Assembly: GCA_964057225.1 (NCBI GenBank)
Contig: OZ059895.1
Location: forward strand, 6,324,001-6,388,000
Direction of reading: 5' to 3'
DNA: 64,000 nt
Source of the DNA: Auanema rhodensis
Lineage: Eukaryota; Animalia; Nematoda
How positions within the stretch are numbered: position 1 is the first letter of the stretch; each line of letters opens with the position of its first letter. Positions 1-11,129 of this stretch are shown piece by piece. The position numbers and the translations under genes were made by a program. The notes under the pieces are model-generated. The model ran no database searches. It was not told the origin of the DNA and saw only the letters and a list, made by a program, of their open reading frames with translations.

Positions 1-1931
1 ATTCAAACAGATTTGTTGAAAAAAGAAACATACGGGTCCAACAATGCTTTCGATTTGCTTGATAACTTTATGTTTCAAGTTGATATCTTCGAAAACTGCT
101 TCAATAACAAGATCGGAATTCTTAATAGCATTGTAATCAGTTGCAGCAGTCATGTTGGAAATAATGCGTTCCTTTTCAAGCTTATTAATCTTCTTTTTCT
201 TCTGTTGAGTGTTCAATTGAGTGATTATTTGGTTTTGGCCACGCTCCAAACCCTGAAGCATTATAACTTAAATAATTAATCGAGAACTTGGTAAATTACA
301 GATTCGTTCATATCGATCATGACGGCTTTTACTCCCTTGTCAATAGTGACATTAACAATACCGGCACCCATCAAACCTGCTCCAATTACGGCAACCTCGC
401 TAAAAAAAAATTGTTATACTTAGGAGAAGAAAAACATACTTGACAGGGATTCCTTCTCCGTATTTGCTTTTCTTAGCTTCAGTGGATCCATTGAATAATC
501 CGATCAGAGCAGCAGATTGGTAACTTTGAGTAAGCTCTCCAAAAGCCTGTAACCAAAACTTTACAAAACAAGCATTAATCACGACATTACCTTAGCTTCA
601 TGAGCATATCCGGCTTCACCTCCCTTGATAACTCCAGTGCGAATAACATCAAGAATCTTTAGAGGAGCAGGGTAGTTACCAGCAGTCATTTTCACGATCT
701 GAAGAAGATATTTTTCCATTATTTGAAATGAATAAAACCTTTTCTCTGGCCATCTTCAAAACCACATTGTCCAAAACTAAAGAAGATTTTATAATCTGAA
801 AGTACAAATTTACTTTTCCACAAAGAAATTACTCATATACCGATTGGGTGAGATTATAAATCTTCCCCTTATCGCGGTTGATCTTTAGAGAACCCTCAGA
901 TAATTGACGAGCAGTTTTGATAGCTACTTCTTCCAAATATCTAAATGTCTAGTTGACAACATAATTTTTCAAATTGAAAAACCTGTGAGTATTCTTTACA
1001 CCAGGTTCAACACCATCTCCAAGAGGTTGGATGACCTGATCCACTAAGCCAATCTTCTTAGCCTTGTCAGCCTTAACACGCTTTCCGGTAAGAATCATAT
1101 CAAGGGCGTTTTGGAGAGACACAAGTTTAGGCAAGCGTTGGGTTCCACCTGCACCAGGAAGAAGACCAAGCATGACCTGAAAAGAATTCGATTAATTTCA
1201 TCTAAAGATTCAAGCTCTCACCTCTGGTAGAGCCAACTGTGTCTTCTTGTCGTTAACAGCAATTCTATAGTGGCAAGCAAGAGCCAACTCAAGACCTCCA
1301 CCCATACAACTACCCATGATAGCGGCAACAATTGGCTTAGTAGATTTTTCAAGCTTGAAGAACTGCTCCTGGCCACCCCTCAAACAATTTTATATAGAAA
1401 TACGTGTTCCAGTTTAAAATACTTTGCAATAGCTTCACCATCGGCAGCGGTCTTAGCATTCTTTAACATGTTGATATCGGCACCAGCAACGAAACTATTG
1501 GGTTTTCCAGACATGAGTACGATTGACTTAACTGAATCATCCTTTTGAGCCTAAACAAAAAAGTAGTTAAGCATTGGAAAATTTACTAACCGATTCCATG
1601 GCACTCTTGATATCATTGCTAACAGCCTCATTCAAGGTGTTCTCCTTCATATTTGGAGCATCGATCTTGATGATAGCAACATCTCCATTTCTTTCAACTC
1701 TGACTGTTCCTTAAGGTTATATCATTTTGAGGAAAAGAATCTCATAACGAACCTTGATTCACCGTCTGGGTGGTGCTGAGTAAACGAGCAGAGGGAGCTA
1801 AAAATGTTGAGATATTTAGAAATAATAATAAAGATATTATAATGGAAATTAGAATTAGTTATATTCTTCGAAGATTTTAAACTTTAAAACATACCAAAGA
1901 GCTTCTTTCCATATGCCAATCGAGACAGCAT
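1..1931 (-). CDS. HADHA: Mitochondrial trifunctional enzyme alpha subunit (enoyl-CoA hydratase/3-hydroxyacyl-CoA dehydrogenase), multi-exon, 3' end runs off the window
   Basis: Spliced translation begins [12 protein letters not shown] and includes [59 protein letters not shown] and [20 protein letters not shown] acceptor lies just upstream of the ATG at 1931. Equivalent to C. elegans ech-1.2-type genes. Confidence 0.96.
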
Positions 1932-2622
1932 GATGGAAATCTGTCTGAAATGATATAAATAAAGAAATAAACTGGGTTACAAGAATATAATCAAAAATAT
2001 GAATAGCGATTATGCACATTGGATAGTGCAAATGTAAGGTTAATATAGTTTTTAAAAAAGAAACAGACGACTACACTAAATTAACCCGCCATAGAATTCT
2101 AACAGCCCCTCCCCTTCAAGCAGATAGTCCATAGTTCAAAGTACGTAAAGTAGCGTCGGGGTATCAGAGAAGGAACAATGCCCGGTCCGATGTCCATCCT
2201 GTTTTTTGTGATAATAAATTGAGAATTGACGCAAAACAATAGAAGTGGACAGCATTCCTACTTAAAAGACCCCAATTATGTTTTTTAAAATCAACAACGC
2301 AACCGTGCACAACCGTTCTGAGGGTAAAAATGAAAAAATAGGTAGATAAAAGATGTGACGGTTACGAAACCAAACCAAAAAAACAAAAATACTATAAATT
2401 TCACTTTCATTGTTCAAAAAAACTTAAATAGACAACGGATTGAGCCCAAAAATGAGAAAGCAGAAATCTGAGAGATTTTCCACAAACGCACAAATAGATA
2501 AGAATAATTTGACACGAATAAAATGAAACCGATAAGAACAAAGTATATAGAATATCACAAGCTTCTTGCATAGTTGCTTCGATCATTGTAACATCGGCAC
2601 GATGTTGAGAAAGTTATCCGGT

Positions 2623-3261
2623 TTATGAAGAACTGACCAATGTGTAGATGAGGCTGCAAAGCAAAACGCTCAAAAAATACAAAATGATGTTAACTTACGC
2701 ATAGAGATAGTAGAAGAAAGAAATGAGATAGAAGGCCAACTTAGCCCAACTAGCACGAAGTGCAGCGCTAAGTTCATTGCGGTTCAAAATGGTGGTTGGA
2801 TCATAAATTCCTGGACCTGTCATAACTGGTCTACGAGAATAACTAAAAATTCAATTATCATGTTTGTTCCAAATGAAAAAACATACGCAAGAACATGATA
2901 TATAACTAAAGGTAAATTCATCAATGTAGCAACGATTTGTGTTGAAAAAACGAACATAATTACCATGAAAACATGGATGGCGTACTCGGGGATGATAAGC
3001 TAAATATTTCATATCGTAAATAGATACTAAAATAAAATAAAATTACTTGATTTAAATTCCGACATTGTTCAATCGGATTCTTATAGTCGGTTTTAAGCTC
3101 GTCAATGCAGATCACCTAAATGTTAACACATGGAAAGTTGTAGACCAATAAGAAAAATGGAAGTAGGATTCCACACTCACGGTGTAGATGGCAAAGAAAA
3201 TGCAGAAAGCTACTCCGATTAATGCCAAGAGATAGGCAGCTGCAGCAAAAGTAAAAGCCAT
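2623..3261 (-). CDS. cni-1: Cornichon family ER cargo receptor, 5 exons
   Basis: MAFTFAAAAYLLAL...DELKTDYKNPIEQCRNLNQLIIPEY...GIYDPTTILNR...KLAFYLISFFYYLY...SS*. GT-AG introns; TTTTCAG acceptor ~20 nt before the ATG. Confidence 0.95.
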
Positions 3262-4034
3262 ACCTGAGCTTGATTGCACTGAAAACGAACGTATTTTGTT
3301 TAAAAAGAACTTTTTTAATCGGGCCCATAACTCTCATTAATAGCATGACATGCAAAATACAAAACAGACAAATGAACCGTATTGGAGTTGTAAATACGAA
3401 CCCGCGCTGGCATTTTTTACTAAATTTGGCATCATCATACGCATGTTGACTTTATTTCTTCACGGTAGAGCACAGAAAACTCGCGTCGGTGAGCTATTGT
3501 TGTTAAGCCATCAGCTCTGCCTCATGAACTGAGACTCGAGACTAATATCGATCAGAGCTCTCTCTCGAAGTAGCGGCCGGTGGCAAACGACCAAGAGGCA
3601 TAAATGCCAGAACAGGCAAAGTTTAGCTCCCAAGACAAAAAGTAAGAAAGCATATTGGGGTATTTAACAGAAATGCGATAGTTGATCGCGAATAATGATA
3701 GAGAAAGTGGAAACACAGTTTGTTTCGCACAACTAAGCGAAATAAAACAGGAAGGAATAGAATTGGAGAAGAAAAAGATAAAAGCAAACGATAGTGACGT
3801 TTCGTCTCCGCGAATGGAGTAGAAAATAAACAATTATCAGAAGAAAAAAAATATTATGACTCCTTAGGATAACATAAAGTATATAACACACAGTCAATTT
3901 AAATACAACAAACAATTAACATATTAATCAATTTGCAATGTTAAAGATATATGGTTTCTTGAAGAAAAAACACAATCAGATCAAACTTAATAATGGATGA
4001 GTGCACGAGAAATATAAATATATATATGGATATA

Positions 4035-7000
4035 TTATTGTTGAACTCCTGCTTCCTCTATTAAATGTCCTGCATCTATAGAATCTTGCATTGATACAAC
4101 ACCTTGAATTTCAATTTCTTCCTGTAATGTGGTTTTGCTCATTTATACGATTTATTGAATATACCTCTCTTTTGCTAGAAGGTAAAAGCGCTCTAGATTT
4201 GTAATCTTGGGAGAAAACGGGATCCATGTTCTCACCAAGCAACTCGGAAACCTGAAAAAAAACTAAAAATATCGATGATATAAGTCATATTACCTCGTCA
4301 TAAGTCAAGTCATGTACCACCCCATTATCATCCAGCCCCGCAATAAGCAGAGGGTGATACGTATCCTGCTGAAAAAAAATCAAAATATTGTAATTGAAAA
4401 TGAAAAGCCACTAACATTATCTCGCAATGCCATTATTTTCTCTCTCTCCGTGTTAGACATAGCCAATGGCATATATATGAAACGCTTCCAGATTCCCAAA
4501 CCAGGAATGTACCTATAACACAAATGCAATGTAAGACAGAAACAATAATAATTTGAATACCTAAGCGAATTTTTATGGAAATGAGCTGTACATAAGTAAT
4601 GCCTACCACGAACCATTAGTCGATTTTGTAAACGGTCACGGTACTTAAAATAACGGAAACTTCCATTTTCATTTGCTTAAAACTTACGAAATGATCTCGA
4701 CAAATAGAATCAATCCAACATTTTCGTTTCTCAAAAGGCTCAGACGGAAAAGGAACCATATTAGCTCCAACATCCCGATGGTTACATTGGACACATTGAA
4801 CTTCGATTTGAGAAACCAGTCTTCTTTCAGCAATCACACTGTACGGATCCTAAGAAAGCTGATAAATACAATCAAATGAAATTTATTATTACCACTGCAG
4901 GTAAATGAGCTTTGCAAATTTTGCAAGGATGCATAGCTAATTGCTCGACACCTTTCTTCATCATCTGAAAGAAATATGATTGAATGAGAAAACAAACGAC
5001 ATTCAAACAGGTTTATCTCCGGATAACAGCTCTACTAAAAGTATTCTTTCTGCTTGTGTAGATGGTGGCCTAATTTCAACAAGGGAATCACTTGGTCCCC
5101 ACATATCACACAGAGGGCATTTAATTAAACCATGAGGTCCTCTGGGTGTGATATCATACTCGGACAAACCCTGAAGAATAGCCGACATAATTTTAAAAAA
5201 ACATGTTAACTTACTAAAGGTAAGGGTATAGACGCTTCATTGAATTCTACACAATCCTCTTTTTCCACAAAGGAATCTTGACAGAAATGATAAACACAAA
5301 GACGATATCTGGTTGATTTTGGTCGAGTTAATCTATCTTTGATCCATTTCCACCTTCTTTCCACTAACCGATTTATAGGAGGTCCACTCACAATATTGTG
5401 AAGCCAAAGCCTACTGCAACAAGATTATAATGATTTTGTTACATAAAACAAAAGATATATACCGTGTTAGTCGTTCGTTAGGAAAAGGCAGCAAGAGATT
5501 AGGATCTTTGAGATCTTCATCACACAAAACGCAATATGTTTTTAACCATTCATCCACTTTTTGATGTAATTGCTGAAGCAGGCAAGATATACTATTGAAA
5601 TAAAGAGAATGCAAAACTCACTCTATATGCCAAATGAGATTCACATATATTTATTGGGCAAAAATGGTAAGTTCCATTATTAATGAAATCATTTCTTCTT
5701 TTTAGCCATAAGACTCGCATAGATTCTTCAAAATCTCTGGGCCAATTCATAATTTCAAGCCATTTTTCATGTTTCACACTGGATAAAAAATTAGCTTACT
5801 CAAATCATAATTCAAACATACTCATCAAACGGCCACGTTCGAGGTTTATGTTCATCCATACTTTTCTGAGAAGATATAATTCGACTGCAAACTTGGCAAA
5901 ACCGAGCAGAGTTCATTTGTTCTCCGCTTAACTGTTCCAACTAAAACTCATTAATACCACTAATTATAGTGTAATATATATACCCGCTTAACAGCATCTA
6001 ATTCTTCGTCACTATCATCGGAACATTCTATGTTACCGTATATATCACTATTAGGTATATCGTTATCTTCGCTGAAATTATAATGTTATCAAATATAGAA
6101 AACAAGAATCATTACGCAAAGCCAAGTTCATCTTCTTGAGGATTAATGCTTTGAAGATGACGAGTATTATCAATAAATAATTGAGAAGTTGAAGGCCCTA
6201 CAAATGCAAACATAAAACAGATAAATTGTATTTTACACTACCTTCTAGTTCTCCTACTATTTGTTCATCTTCATATTGAATATTGGTATCATAACTATAT
6301 TCCGGACGATCATACATATACATTCGTCTACTATACGATCTACGCATTTTATCTGAGAGATACCTATATTGTAAACCATCAACACGATTCTAAATTAAAA
6401 TATAAATGAATGCCATAAATTTTAAAAACCTTTCCAAAACCATCTCTCCTGAGCAGCATTAACTCTTCTCGGCGGGCGCCTGGATCGATGTTTCTTGAAA
6501 GAATAGTATCCCCATGGTTAATCATATAGATTCGATTAGCTTGTTTATCTTCCTCACAAAGCTTGAACATTGAAAATAACAACACATATTCAAGAGAACA
6601 CTAACTGTTGGATCTGGAACAGCATCTTTTCTTAGTCTCCATTCTCCAAATTGGTTTATATCAAAATCATTATCACTAAAATGCCAATCACATAGAAATT
6701 TGGATGCTCCATTTTTTAATTTTTCTTGAAGCAATCTGAATTTAAATCATAAAATTGAATTATACATGGTAAATTGCTTACTCTCGTATAGCAGAATCAC
6801 CTTCCCCACAAATGGCGTTTACCCATTTATATCTAAAATGAAGTAATAATAATTATTCGATTTTTTAAACACTAACCTCCTACTTCTCGTTCTAGTGAAA
6901 GGAACCATGCACCTAAGGAAATTTTTTGCTTGACAATATACACACTTTAACTCAAGTGAATCAAAATCAAACATTTCATCGTCTTGAATAGAGTAACTCT

Positions 7001-7886
7001 GTAAAAATTGTTTAAATGTACTAATGATACTTGAAAACAAAAAACCTCTGGTTCTTGACGCATATCAATTGGCAAAAGTTGCCGGTTTTTTAAATTATGT
7101 GATCCTACTGGAAAGTGAATAGGACAAGCCTCTCCACAATGAGTAGCATCCGAAAAAGCTTCTCGTACCCATAGTTCTGCTGATCGTTCAGCATCCAAAT
7201 TAAACCTGAGAATCCATACTCGTCGTAACTCAAAAGACAAACTAATTTAAATAACAAAATTATAAAATACTCTGTGTTCACTTGGCAAACTTCTTAACTT
7301 TCCAAAAACCTTTTTTCGGCAAATTTGACAATACTTAGAACCATCATTTCGTTTACAATAATCTTGATTTTTGTAACGATCATAATGCCTTAATCAAGAA
7401 AGATTTAAAGATCATTATGCTTATTATTACCGTAAAGGAGCCCCACCGCTACCACCATTGTCTTTTCGTTTTGAACCTTTTTCTTTCCTATAATTCATTT
7501 AAGTTTTATATACATGGAACAAAATAGTAACCTTGGTAACATATCCATAGAATCATTGTTACTCATACCCTGAGCACTTGATTCTTCAACAAGCTGCAAA
7601 TATTCAAAAAGCAAATATTTAACAATTAATTTTGAATTACCTCAACATCCAATTCATTTTCAAGCATGCATTCTATTTTCTGCTCAGGTTGAAACAAGTT
7701 TTGATGGCTATAAATAAAAAAATAATTTTTTTTTGTTTATTTTTAACAATTCAACCTAGGGCCTTCAACATTCTGATATGGTTGGTCATCTAAAGCTTCT
7801 CTCTTTACAACAGGTTCTTCATCATCTATCAGTTCAGAAGTTTCTTGTGAAATACTGGCACGTCCCCGACGACGCGTAGGTGCCAT
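4035..7886 (-). CDS. him-17: Multi-THAP-domain chromatin protein, HIM-17-like
   Basis: Repeated C-x2-C...P...W...C-x2-HF modules (CQIC..LP..W..CPIHF; CVYC..PF..W..CDWHF; CESHL; CVLC..FP..W..CVYHF; CVQC..FP..W..CTAHF). It is adjacent to cni-1, as C. elegans him-17 is (recalled). Exon boundaries are approximate. Confidence 0.75.
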
Positions 7887-7889
7887 TTG

Positions 7890-8360
7890 GCCCAAAACTA
7901 AAACAAAACTATAAAAATGTATATTTGAGCTTGAAACTTATTATGCACCTGATTTGTTTCTTTCATTTTTTATACTATGTCTCAAGAGAGACAAGAGCTA
8001 TTATATATAATAAAGGAGAATTCAAACTTACCCTTTAAAAATTAAAGGACGACGGAAAGAAACCTTTAAACAAACGAGTTGCTCTATACGCACGTTGGTT
8101 GTAAACACAGTGCTGTTCAAAGTGTACATCGTTGGAAGTAATTTTCAAACTTCAAAATTTCAAAATTTCAAAATTTCAAAATATGAATAAAGTAAGTTAC
8201 GGTAATTTTTAAAAAAATTTAATTACCCGGGATTATTGATTTTTATCATATCCCTTGATGAACAAAATATTTCCAAATGAATTTTTGAGGTGCTAAGTCG
8301 ATATTTTTTCTATTTATTTCAGGTGATTAACCATAAAATCCTACTCCAAAACTCAAAAAA
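7890..8360. promoter_or_regulatory. Divergent (bidirectional) promoter region between him-17-like and ALC1 ATPase genes
   Basis: Head-to-head ATGs at 7886(-) and 8361(+); TTATTTCAG acceptor at ~8314-8322; short TTCAAAAT tandem at ~8144-8182. Confidence 0.6.
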
Positions 8361-10886
8361 ATGGTTTTACAAAAGAAATATAACCTTCATCCACTGGAAA
8401 ATGAATATAAAAAGAGAGGTATGCATAATGACTAAGGTTCAAAGTATATTATAAATACTTCTAAGGTATCACCTTGAGAGATTATCAAAAAGAGGGTGTT
8501 AAGAAAATGCTTGGATGGGTTGAAAATGGACACGGTGGAATTAATGCTGATGAAATGGGTCTGGGAAAAACATGCCAGGTTCATTAATCAACTCATTTTC
8601 ATTATGTAATAGTTTCATTCGGGTTTTAGACAGTGGTTACTCTAACAACACTATTTGCTCGTGGTGAAGGACCTTTCTGCGTACTTGCACCGCCTACTGT
8701 ATTGAGCCATTGGGTTAAAGAGATAGAATTGTACGAGTGGGAAATTACTAAACACAAACAATTTGTATTTCAGTTTTTCATGTGGAGTTCTTAATCCTAT
8801 ACAATTGCACACTAGACGTGACGAGTTTAGAGAGCAGCTCTCCAACTTACCTAAGATTACAAAGAATACGGTTGTCGTAGGGCCTTCGGCTGTAAGCAAA
8901 AAAAGAAGTTTTTTTTTTGTAAAAAAGTTTCTTAAGGTTAAAAAATTAATGGGACCACGTCACAAAGATATGCCTGTACAAATTCTTCGACAGTATTTTA
9001 AAGTTGAGATCCCTATCATAGTAGTGGACGAAGCACATTGCATCAAATCTTTCAGCTCAACATTCCGGGAGACACTTTATGTTGGTTCATAATTTCTCTG
9101 AATATATACACAAGTGATTTAGAAATATCCTGGTACATTTATTCTGTTAACAGGAACTCCTATCCAAAACTTTATATCTGAAACATTTTCCCTTTTACAG
9201 TTTGTAGATGTAAGTATGCTAATTGTTTCGCATGATTAGTGTAATTTTAGAAGAGAAAGTTCGATTCAATGAAAATAGATGATTTTGTTGAAGCGTACAG
9301 TTCTAAGGAAGGCTTAGCTAAACTGAAAAAGTTGCTTTCGAATTATATGTTCAGAAGATTGAAAGAAACAGTGTGTAGTCTTCCTGAAAGTTCAGAAGTC
9401 AGTTCAAAACATATTTCTAGTTGTCTAACTGATCTAGTTAGGTTATAATTTATCATGGATTCGCTGAAGTGCAGAAGAAATTATATGTAGAATTTATGAC
9501 AGGGGTATCAACTTGTGTGAAAATCAGTAATCCGTTTATGCAAATTAGGAAGATGGTATCTCATCCTTATATGTTTCGAGGTTTGCCAAAAAATGATAAT
9601 AATAAGAATTTATTAGCTTTGTAGGTGTTGAACCTGAGCCTTTTGTCGAAGGTGAACATTTAGTGACATCTTGTGGTAAACTGTCGGTGAGACTTAATAA
9701 TTTGTGTCCAGTCTAACTGGTTATTTTAAGTTATTGAGTGATCTCTGTTATTATCTTAAACCTCGCGGTCATAAGGTTTTAATTTTTTGTGCATTTCTTA
9801 ATGTATTAGATATTATCGAGGACTTTATGGCTCTGAGAGGTGAGTAAACTTCTTTATCCGTATCACACTTTAAATTGTTTTTAATTACAGGGTACTCTTG
9901 TATGAGATTGGATGGCAGCTGTCCATTAGAGAAGAGAAGTGAAATTATTGATAAATATCGTAATATTTTCGTTTTTGTTTCTCTATTTTTGTTATTTATA
10001 GAGAAAGGTGATACTTTCGCTCTGGTAATGACTACCGAAACAGGAGGTTTTGGAATCACTCTCACCGCTGCGGATACCGTAATCTTCTATGATACTCATT
10101 TCAATCCTCATGTAGATATCCAAGCCAAGGCTCGTACTCATAGAATAGGACAAAATAAGTAAGCATACTTACTACTTATTTGTTGATATTAAAATTTTAT
10201 AGAATTGTACGAGTTATTCGATTACTAGGATCCGGAACAGCTGAGGAGTACTTTTACAGCATTGCTCACTCTAAGATAGGACTTCACGAAGGATTAACCG
10301 GAGAGAATAGTTTGATGTTCAATTTTTTTTGTAGATATTTTTTATATTTAAGTTGAAGCCGACTGCGGATTTGACTGCAAGGCAGTTGACAGTTTCTGTA
10401 ATGATATGGTCCTCAGCGGCAACGTTTTAAATACGAGTGTTAAAAAAATGGTTTGATGCGTACAACTTCTGTCATTGTTTACCATTATGCATATTTTTTA
10501 TAGACTGAAGAGGAGCTTGATAAAATTCTTGGGGCTTCAGATGAAAATGGATGGCTACCTTATGTACATGATACTGTAAGATTCGTTAAACTTGATATAC
10601 TTATATTAAAGTTTTAGAAATATAAAGCTCAGCTTGAAAACCATATTAAGAATCAGTTTACCGATTATTATGTATATCAAGTAATTTGTAATTTTCTTTT
10701 CTTTTTCAATGTTCTGCTGCTCAGGGAACTTACTATCGTAAAATGCGTGAAGAAGGTTTGAAGGAAAAAGAAAAGAAGGAATGGACTCGAAATGCCCGCT
10801 GCAGAGAACGTGATCCTGAAGCATGTTTAAGTGAAAATTTCCTGGCTGATCTCGCTTTAAAACGAAGTGAAGGTTTTACTGACTAA
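8361..10886 (+). CDS. CHD1L: Snf2-family ATPase of the ALC1/CHD1L subfamily (ATPase half only, ends in the linker)
   Basis: GGINADEMGLGKTCQ, VVDEAH, LLTGTPIQN, the ALC1-typical [48 protein letters not shown].HRIGQ and LDKILG. The last exon 10725-10886 ends in TAA; AATAAA at 10996. Confidence 0.88.
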
Positions 10887-11129
10887 AAAAAGAATTACCT
10901 ACTAACTACCTGTACTATTACTACTTATTAACAACAAAAACTGAAGCTTTTTTGTATTGCAATGCATGTTTAACTCTTTGAAGTGCTTTTTTTTGAATAA
11001 ATTGCTCGAAATTTTAATTTTTTTAAATTTTTACATATAGACATGTTTTATTATTCATACTTTTAATGATATGAGTATGTAGTTATTATTATTTTTGAAG
11101 TATTTCAAGATTTCAATTTTTAAAGTATA

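Noticed and set aside
3483-3530. SECIS-like AUGA...GA hairpin on the minus strand
   Set aside because: The unpaired AA is not at the canonical distance from the quartet, and I saw no in-frame UGA in the upstream gene.
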